The position numbers and the translations under genes are program-made. A DNA stretch of 63,788 nucleotides, counting the filler, from Octopus bimaculoides (taxonomy: Eukaryota), in assembly GCF_001194135.2 (NCBI RefSeq). It is 7 parts of 7 records of this genome, joined end to end, with 100 filler letters (N's around TTAATTAATTAA, not from the genome) between each part and the next. Parts side by side here need not be neighbours in the genome. Positions count along the whole stretch, not along the records: positions 1 to 10,137 come from NC_068987.1; positions 10,238 to 17,322 come from NC_068989.1; 5 more parts are not named here. One strand, given 5' to 3'. Below are positions 1 through 11,191 of this stretch, piece by piece (position 1 is the stretch's first letter; the number at the start of each line of letters is the position of its first letter). The notes beneath the pieces are model-generated. The model searched no databases and was not told the origin of the DNA. It worked only from the letters and a program-made list of their open reading frames with translations.

Positions 1-58
1 TGTTACTTAGTTTGGTTTGAAATAAAGAACTTGATTAGCTTAATAATCCCAACTTAAT

Positions 59-85
59 CCCGGGCAAAGCCGGGCTATACTGCTA

Positions 86-87
<2 letters not shown>
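59..87 (+). mobile_element. Helitron-like 3' terminus (GC hairpin followed by CTAG|T)
   Basis: CCCGGGCAAAGCCGGG imperfect hairpin (59-74), then CTAG at 83-86 and T, then a (TA)n run. This is the canonical Helitron 3'-end layout. Confidence 0.55.
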
Positions 88-126
<39 letters not shown>

Positions 127-135
127 CACACACAA
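87..135. repeat. (TA)n/(CA)n microsatellite
   Basis: Direct reading of the sequence. Confidence 0.95.
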
Positions 136-136
136 C

Positions 137-294
137 GGGATTCTTTCAGTTTCTATCTACCAAATCCACTCACAAGGCTTTGGTTGGCCTGAGGCTATAG
201 TAGAAGACACTTGCCTAAGTTGCCACGCAGTGGGAATGAACCCGGAACCATGTGGTTGGTAAGCAAGCTACTTGCCACACAGCCACTCCTGTGC
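137..294 (-). mobile_element. tRNA-derived SINE, family A head (CORE-like)
   Basis: Reverse complement reads GGAGTGGCTGTGTGGCAAG...GGTTCCGGGTTCATTCCCACTGCGTGGCAACTTAGGCAAGTGTCTTCTACTATAGCC. It has A/B-box-like motifs and a CORE-like CCTTGGGCAAGT segment, and is repeated many times in the window. Confidence 0.85.
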
Positions 295-860
295 CTTAAT
301 AAATTAATATTTAGTGATAGGGAGTTGGTAAGTTTATATAAGCTGTTGTTCAGATCATCAACACACCACCACTCTCTCTGATTTGTCACGTTAAAAAAAT
401 CAGGCGCAATCACTGAACGAGTTAACTGAAATCAGCGATTAAAACATCTATTTGTGTATATGTACATGTGTGTATGTATGTGTATGTGTGCATGTATGTA
501 TGTGTGCATGTATATATATGTATATGTATGTATGTATGCATGTATGTGTGTGTGTGAGAAAATGTGAGAACCTATATAGTTGCTTGACCTGCTGGAAATA
601 ACAGCCTAATCTCTCTCAATGTCACACACTAACATTATATAAATGAGAGCACACATTGGATAAGATGGAAACAAATACACATGCACACACACACACATGT
701 ATGTATTCCCTATAAAAGAACTTTCTGTTTTTCTCACCCACCTTTCTTATCTTTTATACTTTTCTCCCACCTCTCTCTCTTTCATGACCTGATGACCCGG
801 TAGTTGTTGCTCTTTCATTACTTTCACCAACAGCAGTAACTTTCTTCAGCTGAAGACATG

Positions 861-1043
861 TCATTGATTGGTTAAGATTACCCAAATATGACAACCATAA
901 CACGAAATAACTTCTAAAATATAAAATTTTGTCAAAAATGTAAAGAGTAAACCTTGTTCTACGTGACACATTCAACCAGAATCTAAACTGTTTAGTTAAA
1001 AAAAATTGATTAAAAAAATCTGTGACTGAGATTGAATAGATCC
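861..1043. repeat. Unclassified dispersed repeat (second copy at 27427-27617)
   Basis: TTGATTGGTTAA..ATTACCCA..AACACGAAATAACTTCTAAA..AAATTTTGTCAAAAATGT..AAACTGTTTAGTTAAAAAAAA..AAAAAAATCTGTGA is shared by both loci. Confidence 0.75.
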
Positions 1044-1044
1044 A

Positions 1045-3420
1045 AACTATCTTCCCAGTTAGCCTTCCTTTGATATTGCTGCTCCTCTTATGTGTCCATA
1101 GCTTACACTGGGTACATCTTATGAACTTTCTACCTACACTTTTTCTACAGATTGAGCAGGGCCATCTACCTACTTGAAGGGATTTGTGATTTGTTTACCT
1201 TCCTACTTTTTAAGACTTTGGTTTTTGCTAGATTGACTCTAAAGCCCTTCAATTCTAGACCTTGCTTCCACACCTGAAGCTCCTCTAGTTCTGATAGTGA
1301 CTCTGCTATTAGAACAAGTTCATCAGCATAGAGAAGCTTCTATGGGCATCCTGTCTTGAATTCCTCTGTTATTGCCTGGAGGACTATGATGAATAAGAGG
1401 GGACTGAGGACTGATCCTTGGTGGACTCCTACCCCTACACGGAATTCTTCACTATACTCGTTGCCAACCCTCACCTTACTGACAGCATCCTTGTACATGG
1501 CTTGTACAGCTCTCACCAACCACTCATCTATCCCTAGTTTCCACATTGACCACCAGATAAAGGATCAGGAGACCTTGACAAAGGCTTTCCCCATGTCAAC
1601 GTAAGTCAAGTACAGAGGTTTATCTTTGGCTAGGTATTTCTCCTGCAGCTGTCTTACCAGAAATATAGCATCAGTGGTACTTTTCCCTGGCACAAACCCA
1701 AATTGCATCCTGTCTAAACTAACTTTTCTCCCTAATTAGTTGGACTATGACCCTCTCCATGACTCTCATTACCTGATCCAACAACTTGATACCTCTGTAA
1801 TTATTCATATCTAATGCATCACCCTTACCTTTGTAGCAGTTGACTATGGTGTTGCTACATCAGTCATTGGGTATGACTCCTTCATGTATCACCTGATTGA
1901 CTATATGAGTGACTAGACTGTAGCTGACACTGCCAGATATTTTAAGCATCTCTGTGGTGATTCCTGGTGAGCTGAGGACTTTCCCTCTCTTCATACCCTT
2001 AATTGCTTTATCTACCAAGATACTGTCCATTCAGATAGCTGGTCCCACTGTTTGGTCGACATTCAGCAGGCTCTCTTTCTCCCATTCATTTTCTTTTTAA
2101 TTAGCAACCTTTCATAGTGGCGTTTCCGAGTCTCTCTTTGCAGCCTCATTAAATGCAAGTGAGCCATCATCCATGCAGACACATTTGTCTCCTATGACAT
2201 CACGATTCTCTCTCACACACTGTCTTGCAACATGAAACACTTCAAGTCTTTGATCCTCATGATGCAGAGCATTGGCAATTTTTTTCTTATCTGCTTCCCT
2301 TCTGGCTAAATTAACCTGTTTCCTAGTTTCCCTTTTGGTAATCTGATACAGTTCCCTGCTACCACCATTCTTCCAGTCCTTCCATGCCTGTTTCTTTTCC
2401 TTAATGGCCCTGTCAACTACATTGTTCCACCACCACATTACCTGGGGTCAAGAGGGGACTTTGCACCATCCATAAATCTGGTCAGTAGCCCTCAACATGT
2501 TGTCCCATAGGAACCTTCAATTGTCTTCCACATCACGTGATGCTATATCCCTCTCCATTTTGTGAAAAGCTTTGAGTAATACTTCTCTAAATCTCTGTCC
2601 ATTCGCAGGATCCTTAAGCTTCCGGACCCTTCTCCATGCTGATCATCTTCTGGGCATCCATTTAGCCTCGATCCTGAAGTTGCTAACTACTAATCTATGT
2701 TGTGGGGTGCATTCTTCACCTGGGAAGGTTTTGGCACTTATAAATAGCCACCTTTCCCGTTTCTTGGTAAGAATGTAGTCAATCTGACTAGTGTGTCCAC
2801 CAGACTGGTAGGTGAACAAGTGACTGACAGGTTTCCAGAACTTAGTATTACAAACCATAAGATCATTTGCATCGCAGAACTCCAACAGCCTGATTCCGTC
2901 CTCATTGTGGGAACCAAAACCATAGCCACTATGTACGCCATGGAAGCCCCTGCATGTTGTCCAACATGCCCATGGAAGTCGCTAGCCACAAAGAGAAAGT
3001 CCCTGTCATTCCTCGACAAGGTAGTCTGCAAGAGGGTGTCATGAAATCGGTCTTTCTGTTCATCAGGTAGCCCCGACTGAGGGGCATAAGCCAAAATAAT
3101 GGTTGCTAATCCATGTTGCAGCACTAATCTTATCTTAAGTATTCTATCACAGACTCTGTCTACCTCGATTACCTTATCAACCCATTTCTCCGCAATGCTG
3201 TCAGTGTTCCCTGCCCAGAAAATCTTATACCTATGTTCTTTGCCTGTGAGGAACCTAGCAGAACTTCCTCTCCACCTTCTTGGATGCAGCACAGATCTAC
3301 ACATCTCCGTTCAAACATCTCCACAATCTCACCAGACCTATCTTTCAGTGTGCCAGCTGTGAGAGTGTGGGAGGTGTGGGCCTGTGAGACCCTGGGATGG
3401 GGTACAGCAGTGTCATGTAC
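1045..3420 (-). mobile_element. RTE-clade LINE ORF relic (APE endonuclease plus reverse transcriptase), 3'-truncated and frameshifted
   Basis: Endonuclease motifs EIVEMFERRCVDLCCIQE, ASDFHGHVG, HTSQIDYILT and PQHRLVV. RT motifs VGVHQGSVLSPLLFII and LLYADE at about 1320 (YADD-like). A Cys-rich module lies at about 1050-1166. Confidence 0.92.
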
Positions 3421-4144
3421 CTGAAAAGAAAGCTTACATTTGGCAGAACTTATAAACATACAATAACCTTCAACCTGCATACACTACATTATTTTATGTG
3501 CTACATAATCACTACATTACATAGAAGATAAACCCTAAGTAGGGATGGGGGAACATTAAGCCTCTGGAGGTGTTCATGGTAGAGACATCCGATAGAGGTC
3601 AGAGATAGAGACTTCTGGTACAGGTGGTGGTCGTACTGCGAAACAGCAAAAACTCATGCTGCTGGTGTGAGAAAATATTAATGATAATAATGAGATAGAA
3701 TTGAGCATTTGAATTCTTAACTAGAACTATAGCCAACAGTTTTTGATCAGCCAAACTGTGACAAAATTAGATAAATGAATGATTAAGTGACAATAATAAA
3801 TGAGTGTGAAAGAGAAGGAGAGAGGGAGAGTTGGATTGAGCAAAGGGAGCTTAAGTTTTTTCTCTAAACATATGGCATGGAAGATGAAACTGTGTTTACA
3901 TAGATAATGAAATGAAATAATAAAGTAATTATAATTGCAGTGAAAAGAGGTTTTAGACATATGCTAGGTTGGAAAACACCTGGTTTCTACTCCATATGGC
4001 AGGGTATTAACATATGAGGTAGGGGAATCTGAATGAGCTAGTTTATATAGGGTAAGGTGAGGGAGCGGAGGTAAAGTGTTGGGAGAAGCAAGTGGTTAAT
4101 GAAACTGAGAAAGAGAGAAAGAGAGACCAGAGTTAGGCTGGTCG

Positions 4145-4275
4145 AAGGCGCACATGATGGGCTTCTTTCAATTTCTGTTTAGCAAGTTCACTTACAAGGC
4201 TTTGGTCACCTAGGAGTATAGTAAGTGCCAAGGTGTCATGCAGTGGGAGCGAACCCAGAACCATGTGATTGGGAT
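4145..4275 (-). mobile_element. SINE family A head fragment
   Basis: Matches 137-294 (CAAGGCTTTGGTC..TATAGTA..GCCAAGGTGTCATGCAGTGGGA..GAACCCAGAACCATGTG). Confidence 0.75.
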
Positions 4276-4299
4276 GCCCTTCCTAGTATCAGCCTACTT

Positions 4300-4460
4300 T
4301 ACTCTGCAAAGTGGTTGGTATTAGGAAGGGCATCCAGCCATGGAGACTATACCAAAGCAGACATTAGAGAACAATGCTGTTCTCCAACCTGTCAGATCCT
4401 TTCAGACCATTCAACCCATGCCAGCATGGAAATCAGACATTAAAAGTTACGAAGATGATG
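4300..4460 (+). mobile_element. RTE 3'-UTR-like retroposon tail ending in (GAT)n
   Basis: GTGGTTGGTATTAGGAAGGGCATCCAGCC...AACCCATGCCAGCATGGAA..GACATTAAA is the reverse complement of the LINE 3' end at 23968-24115. Confidence 0.7.
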
Positions 4461-4715
4461 GCAACAAGGATGACTCTCCAGGAGTCGTCACCATTGTTGA
4501 TAGAAATTAACTTTAAATAATATTGATTAAAATTTCAATTATAGCTGGAGTTAAGTGTAAAAACATCCCATATGGCAGTGCCTCAACATGGCCAGAGTCC
4601 TTGAATTGAAACTAGGAAATATATTTATATTTTGTCATTGGTATCAGTATCAAGCAGTGTTTAGGCATAAGCAAACTTTGTCACAAATGTATTTAAACTA
4701 ACCTAAAATTCACAC

Positions 4716-4718
4716 ACA

Positions 4719-4763
<45 letters not shown>

Positions 4764-5049
4764 NNNNNNNNNNNNNNNNNNNNNNNNNNNNNNNNNNNNN
4801 NNNNNNNNNNNNNNNNNNNNNNNNNNNNNNNNNNNNNNNNNNNNNNNNNNNNNNNNNNNNNNNNNNNNNNNNNNNNNNNNNNNNNNNNNNNNNNNNNNNN
4901 NNNNNNNNNNNNNNNNNNNNNNNNNNNNNNNNNNNNNNNNNNNNNNNNNNNNNNNNNNNNNNNNNNNNNNNNNNNNNNNNNNNNNNNNNNNNNNNNNNNN
5001 NNNNNNNNNNNNNNNNNNNNNNNNNNNNNNNNNNNNNNNNNNNNNNNNN

Positions 5050-5080
<31 letters not shown>

Positions 5081-5112
5081 ACTCACTCACTCACTCACTC
5101 ACACACACACAC
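4716..5112. repeat. (CT)n / (CACT)n microsatellite spanning a gap
   Basis: Direct reading; N run at 4764-5049. Confidence 0.95.
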
Positions 5113-5354
5113 AGTATTAAACAAAGTTCTATTCAGAATTCTTGAGTGGATGTATATTCTAATTTTAAGCCTGATGTTAATGACTTCAGTTGTATACAAA
5201 CAATAATATAATGAATTGTAAAAGGATTATTAGCTTTGTTTGGATACCAACTTTGGAAATGAACAGATACAAAAAGTACAGAAGGCCAAATATAAAAGAT
5301 GTACTGTAGGTCTTGTTTTCTGTTTTCTATTTCCTGACAAACACATATAGGTGT

Positions 5355-5740
5355 AGGTACAGTTATGCGGTAAGAAGTTTGCTTCTCAACCACAGGGTTC
5401 TGGGTTCACTCCCGCTGTGTAGCCCTTTGAGCTAGTTTTTTCTACTGTAGCCCCAGTCCAACCAAAGGCTTGTGAGCTAATTTGGTTGACAGAAACTGAA
5501 AAAATCCTGTCATATGTGTGTGTGTGTACATTTGTGTTTGCTCCTCACCACCACTTGACAACCGATGCTGGTTTGTTTATGTTCTTGTAACTTAACATTT
5601 CAGCATAAGAGACTGATGGAATATGTATCAGACGTAAAAAACAAAGAAGTACAGAGGTCGATTTGTTTGACTACAACTCTTCTAGGTAGTGCCCTAGCAT
5701 GGCCACAGCCCAATGATTGAAACAAGTAAACAATAAAAGA
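5355..5740 (+). mobile_element. SINE family A, near full length (head, internal TG repeat, tail)
   Basis: Head GGTAAGAAGTTTGCTTCTCAACCAC..GGGTTCACTCCCGCTG. Tail CCACCACTTGACAACC..GCATGGCCACAGCCCAATGATTGAAACAAGTAAA. Confidence 0.8.
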
Positions 5741-6071
5741 TATTATAACAGGTTGTGTTTGGCTTGTTAGTATTCAAGTGGTGCACACAAAATTCCTCTT
5801 GAGAATTAGTTAACAAGATTACATTTCTTGCATAATAGATTAGAGATTTGATGTACCAAGTGTTGAATTTGTAATGATTCAGAGATGACCATTTTCAGAG
5901 AAGTGTTATTTATTGTTATTAAAATAAGTTTATTTATACATGTATGCGTGTGTATACACACACATACGTATACATTTCATCTCACATTGTTCTGAGATCA
6001 CTTTGACATCTGAGGTGTAGCACACTATGCACCTGTATTGTCAATGTGAATTTGATGGATGTGTATGTGTA

Positions 6072-7209
6072 CACACAGAACCACACTAATAGATTTGGAG
6101 TGAAATTTAGGATTTCTTAGTTTTCTGTGAATCAATTCTGATAAAACTTTTCCAAGCTGGTTTGCACATTATTGGCACCATCATTGTTATGGTTTCATTA
6201 TTCTATGTAATGTCCTATCTTTTTTATTTCAGATTCTTCAGTTTTCGGGTGAACCACACTAATAGCTTTTGAATGAAAATAGCCCATCTAGATATTTTTT
6301 TATTGCAGGAAAAGAAGGGTAATAACACATTAAGCATACATTGAATATATATTTAACAGAAAACAATAATATTATAACATTTACTGACATAATGAATTAT
6401 TTAGCCACATGAGCGCCAATTCGACGGATAACTTCAAAAACCCTATTAGTCATGGAATCTGTCAATTCCTTAATAATAGCAGGTTGAACTACCTCTACTG
6501 CAGCTTTGATGGTCACCCATAAGACATCTTTTGACGTAAATTGGCATCCATTGGTATAAACATCTTGTTTAATGATGGACCAAAGATTTTCAAGAGGGTT
6601 GAGATCCAGAGATGCTAGTGGCCACGCTATCAACCTTTCACCTTGTATGCCATAAGATCTTAGGAATGTTTGAGTGGTCCAAACAGAGTGGGAGGGAGCA
6701 TTGTCATGCAAGAATATGAGATTCCTTAGAAGTGACAGCAGTATGTCATCTAAGCAGGGATCCGAAACCTCCTTCAGGAGATTGCTGTAGGCGGTTGTGG
6801 TCACTTTAACCTCTTCAGCCACCCTGACTGGGCCAATAAGTCTGTCACCAATGATACCAGCCCACAGCATGACTCCTCCATCCTGTTTTTGACATCATAA
6901 ACATTGGTGACTCTCATCTCCAAAATAGACCCAACCATTTGCCCAATCGTCAGGTTCGTCAAGGGTTGCCCTGGTTTCATCAGTAAACAGAACACCACTC
7001 ATGCCTAACGTCATGTGCTTTTGGGCCCATTGAAGCCAAAAACTGAAGAATCTGAAATAAAAAAGAAAGGATGTTACACAGAATAATGAAAACATAATAG
7101 TGGTGTTGCCATAGTGTGCAAGCCAGCTGGGAAAAGTTTTATCAAAATCAATTCACAGAAAACTGAGAAATCCTAAATTTCACTCCTAAGCTATTAGTGT
7201 GGTTCTGGG
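6072..7209 (-). mobile_element. Tc1-superfamily DD37E (TRT-type) transposon, internally deleted, with about 175-bp TIRs
   Basis: Transposase motifs VLFTDETRATLDEPDDW, FLHDNAPSH and DLNPLENLW, with 37 residues between the second D and E. Inverted repeats at 6072-6246 and 7040-7209 with TA at both outer ends. The N-terminal DNA-binding part is missing. Confidence 0.88.
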
Positions 7210-7299
7210 TATATATATACACATACAAAGATAGATAGATACACACATATATATGTACACACACATTAGGGATAGATGGCCACAGAAATGCAAACCAGT

Positions 7300-7478
7300 T
7301 TAGAAATTGACATTGCCTGTATAGGTGCACTGTGTGTTACACCTCAGATGTCAGAGTGATCGCAGAACAATGTGAGATGAAATGTGTTGCTCAAAAACAC
7401 AATGTACTGCTTGGTCTGGGAATTGAACCCAATATCTCATGATCGTGTGTGCAACATGCTAACCACTAGGATATGTGC
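7300..7478 (-). mobile_element. tRNA-derived SINE, family B
   Basis: Reverse complement reads GGCACATATCCTAGTGGTTAGCATG...GGGTTCAATTCCCAGACC (A/B boxes), then TTGTGTTTTTGAGCAACAC. A homologous fragment lies on the plus strand at 5975-6050. Confidence 0.75.
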
Positions 7479-8249
7479 CCTAATTAGGACAATTGACTTT
7501 TCAGTCACATATCTAGCAATGAGTTATTGGTCTTAATTGACTAAAGGAAAGCAGAAGATAGATATGGGAATTGTGATATATAAACCTTTTCCTTTTAACA
7601 TTAAAAACGTAAGTCAAGTGAATATGCTGAAGTTAAGAATTGAAACCTTGTTCATGTTGATTTGAGAGTAAAAAAAAAAAAAAAATTGCTATCCTCTGAG
7701 AAATATGGTAAGTGCTAATTCAGCAATATACAAGCTTGTTATGGAAATAGGAAGTTATTAAAACCAAAGCATCGAAAGCAATCATTGATAAAGGTTTATG
7801 GATAATCTCAGTTTTCTTGAAAAAATTCCAATCATGTATGTATTGTCTTATGGCAAATTAGAACTGAATCATGTCTGTAATATATAATAAAAAAAAAAAA
7901 AAAGAAAAAATTTTGATAGTTAATCTGAAACACACTGATCATGGAATGCTTTCCATCTGCCATTATTGATCTCTTAGATTTTCTATCTTACAGCAGATAG
8001 TCTGTTCACCTTTGCACTATCTTCAACAACAGTTGTTGTTGACCTCTCTCTCTCTCTCTCAGAGAGACAGAGAGAGAGAGAGAGATAACGTGTGTGTGTG
8101 TATAAGATATGCATTCATACATACATATATGTTCCTGTATGTATTTGGCACATTTTGATTCAGCTACACATTACTTAAAATTACAAGAGTGAAGAACATG
8201 TCCACATCACCAGCTGTTCAAATGTGTGTGTGTGTGTGGGGGGGGGGGG

Positions 8250-8415
8250 TAGTTGTAGACATTGCTGTGTGGTTAAGAAGCTTGCTTTGCAACCATGTGA
8301 TTTCAGGTTCAGTTCCACTGCACGGCAACTTTGGCAAAGTCTTCTACTATCACTCCAGGCTGACCAGTGCCTTGTGAGTGAATATGGTAGATGGAAACTG
8401 TGTGAAATCTCCTTG
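8250..8415 (+). mobile_element. SINE family A head
   Basis: GCTGTGTGGTTAAGAAGCTTGCTT..CAGGTTCAGTTCCACTGCACGGCAACTTTGGCAAAGTCTTCTACTAT. Confidence 0.8.
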
Positions 8416-8599
8416 TCCATACCCCCTCTTCCAGCTCCTATAGAATACCAACCATTTCACCCCTCTCTCTTGTTACCTCTTCCTCCCTGACACCTGCATC
8501 ATCTTTGCTGCTTGCTGCTCCTCACTTGTTATAGTTCAATCCCCTCATCCACTAGCAAGAAGTTGACCTCTTACCTCAAAGTTTGTAGTTCTGTGAGTG

Positions 8600-8975
8600 G
8601 CATGGTTGCCTCAGTTGTGCAGGTGGCATGAGAAAATGCACCCACTCCACACTTTAAAGTGCCCTTCCTTACACTAACTACTATGCCAAAAACAGACATT
8701 AGACCATGATGCAGTCCTTGGGCACATTACATCCTGTCAAACCAGCCTACCCGTGCCAGTATGGAACATGGACATTTAAGGATGGTGATGATGTGTGTGT
8801 GTATGTCTTTGTGTTTGCATCACTACCACCACTTGACAACCAATGTTGGTTTGTTTATGTTCCCATAATTTAACAGTTTAGCAAAAGAGGACCAGACTAG
8901 GTAAGTACTGGAGTTGGTTCATTTGACTAAACCCTTCAAGGTGGTGCCCCTGCATGGCTGCAGTCCAATGACTGA
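8600..8975 (+). mobile_element. RTE-tail-like repeat followed by SINE family A tail
   Basis: 8600-8790 resembles 4300-4460 and the reverse complement of 23990-24150. 8800-8975 matches the family A tail (CACCACTTGACAACC..GCATGGCTGCAGTCCAATGACTGAAA). Confidence 0.65.
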
Positions 8976-9479
8976 AAAAAAAAAAAGTTAAGATATATAT
9001 GTATGTGTGTGTGTGTTTTTTCAGTGGCATGGAAGATATAGTATAGGCAAACTTTGACCACCACTACATGACTGTGTCCCTTGTTGAAGTGCTGTGTAGT
9101 CAGTCAAGGTCTTCATTGATTATTGATGGCTGAAGCTTCTTGTTGCTACAGAGGATAGACCTTTCATTGCTGCAGTGGAGATATCACACACATTTGCCAC
9201 AATGAAATACCACCATTTCCCTAGCTTCAGGTGCACAGAAGCTGTAGTGTAGGCAGAGTTGTTGTGCTACATCCTGCATGGATGTATCCTCTGTTGAGGT
9301 GCTGTATGTTTGAAGTTCTTTTCATCAATCACCAGTAGATGAATATGATAACTTATAATATCTTTTTCTGTTTTCTTCCTTGTTTTTCTCCATTTTTCAT
9401 CTTCAAATTTGACAGCTAACTGTCATGTGTGTGTGTGTGTGTGTATATCCACCTGTATATCCATTTTCTCTGCCTACTA

Positions 9480-9900
9480 TTCCTAGGAAGGTTGTGGTGT
9501 GGACTCCTCAGGCACCTGCTCCATAGGATCCTATCAGAAGCAATCTCTATAGGGTCCTATCAGAAGCAATACACTTTTTGGCCAGATTCTGAAGCATAAG
9601 CAACTGGGACTATGGATATTTCCCAACCATCTCATTTTTGGTCTACCCCTCGGTCTCCTGCTAGATGGCTCAGCTCAAAAACCTGTCTTTCCTGCAACAT
9701 TCTAATACCATGTTTGTAATACTGGATCTGTGACTTCTCAGCTAAGTAGTAACAGCTCAACCTAAAGAGACTCCCTGATCTCCAAGCTATGCACCATGTT
9801 AAGTAATGTTACTCTCGAGATCCCTCAGGAGAACCCCATTCCAGCTGCTTGTATTAGCAATCATACTCTTTCAGTAATTACCCACCATTCATGACCATAA
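9480..9900 (-). mobile_element. RTE-clade LINE RT C-terminal relic (different family from 1045-3420)
   Basis: Degraded reading GHEWWVITERV..IQAAGMGF...RESL.VE.LLL..EKSQ...RPRGRPKMRWL, typical of the RTE RT thumb region. Confidence 0.7.
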
Positions 9901-9904
9901 GTGA

Positions 9905-10075
9905 CATAGGCATGGCTGTGTGTTAAACTTGTTTCCCAATGACATAGTTTCAGTTTCAGTCCTCCTGCATGGCAACTAGAGAGTAAGTGTCTTATAGCCA
10001 TATAGCCCTATGCTGACCAAAGCCTTGTGAGTGGATTTGGTAGAGGGAAATTGAAAGAAGCCCATTGTATGTATG
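9905..10075 (+). mobile_element. SINE family A head
   Basis: GCATGGCTGTGTGTTAAAC..GACCAAAGCCTTGTGAGTGGATTTGGTAGAGGGAAATTGAAAGAAGCCC. Confidence 0.75.
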
Positions 10076-10084
10076 CGTATATAT

Positions 10085-10137
<53 letters not shown>

Positions 10138-10181
10138 NNNNNNNNNNNNNNNNNNNNNNNNNNNNNNNNNNNNNNNNNNNN

Positions 10182-10193
10182 TTAATTAATTAA
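10182..10193. other. Assembly spacer TTAATTAATTAA inside 100-bp N gaps (also at 17367, 28215, 36647, 46004, 62373)
   Basis: The identical 12-mer, with stops in all six frames, is centred in 44N+12+44N blocks six times. Confidence 0.95.
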
Positions 10194-10690
10194 NNNNNNN
10201 NNNNNNNNNNNNNNNNNNNNNNNNNNNNNNNNNNNNNATATATATATATATATATATATATATACGTACATAACTCTGTAAGTATGGACAGGTAGCTGGC
10301 TAGCTGGCTGGTTGGCTGGCTCACTGGTTGGCTGGCTGGTTGTTCGAATGCATGAATGAGACAGACGTGGTCGATTGATTAAGAATTTAGTTTCGTATTT
10401 CTGAAGTCATGTGTTCGATCTCACTACGTTTTATCTTGGGTCAGTGCAATTTAAAACAGTGTCTCAAGAATTTAAGACACTCATCCGATTGACAGACCGT
10501 ACCTGTAATTGAGAGACCTCACCTTCCCACACAGTGTCTTGCTGATTTTGACTAAGAATTACGTTAAAGTAACTAAAGGCAGTGGAGTATTCAGCCACTT
10601 AGACAACAATATAAAATGGACTGTGTCTGTCAGTTTATAGTATGTAGCAAGGGCCAGTTGTGTTACACATTGTTTTACGGTGGCTGAATG

Positions 10691-11191
10691 CAGGGCTGGA
10701 TTAAGACCCTTCAAGTCTCTCTTTAGCACTTGAAAGATTTTGGTGCCCCCATAAAAGATTATGTGGAGGCGCGTGGCTTAGTGGCTTCGGTGTCAGCACC
10801 ATGATCGTAAGATTGTGGTTTCGATTCCTGAACCGAGCGACGCGTTGTGTTCTTGAACAAAACTCCCCATTTCACATTGCTCCACTCCACTCAGCTGGCA
10901 AAAATGAGTAACGCTGCGATGGACTGGCGTCCCGTCCAGCTGGGGAACACACACGCCATTGAAACCCGGAAACCGGGCCCATGAGCCTGGCTAGGCTTTA
11001 AAAGGGCGCATTTATTTATTTATTATAAAAGATTATGTAATTCAAAATATAAATAACAACAAACCATAAAATAAATTTTTGTTTTTCAAAACAAAACAAA
11101 ACTGTAAGAGGGAAAATAATGTCTATACTCCCATTTTATTTATATTTGAAAAGTTTTCTCCCACTTTTTTTGAATCGCAAAGTCTTTGATC
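10691..11191 (-). mobile_element. hAT-like DNA transposon 3' end, interrupted by a SINE
   Basis: CAGGGCTGGATTAAGACCC terminus at 10691. The minus strand encodes IKDFAIQKSGRKLFKYK*, the end of a hAT dimerisation-domain (ZMYM1-like) transposase. Confidence 0.65.
10765..11024 (+). mobile_element. Full-length V-domain tRNA SINE with 14-bp target-site duplication
   Basis: tRNA-like head GGAGGCGCGTGGCTTAGTGG..GGTTTCGATTCC. V-domain-like CTGCGATGGACTGGCGTCCCGTCCAG at 10914-10939. (TTTA)n tail. TSD ATAAAAGATTATGT at 10751-10764 and 11025-11038. Confidence 0.88.

Noticed and set aside
3405-3440. Acceptor-like TTTCTTTTCAG just 5' of the RTE ORF (possible intron in a LINE)
   Set aside because: No matching donor was identified, only one copy of this region is available, and such a motif is frequent by chance.
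7600-7715. Two plus-strand GTAAGT donor-like sites
   Set aside because: No credible upstream acceptor or open frame; expected by chance in AT-rich DNA.
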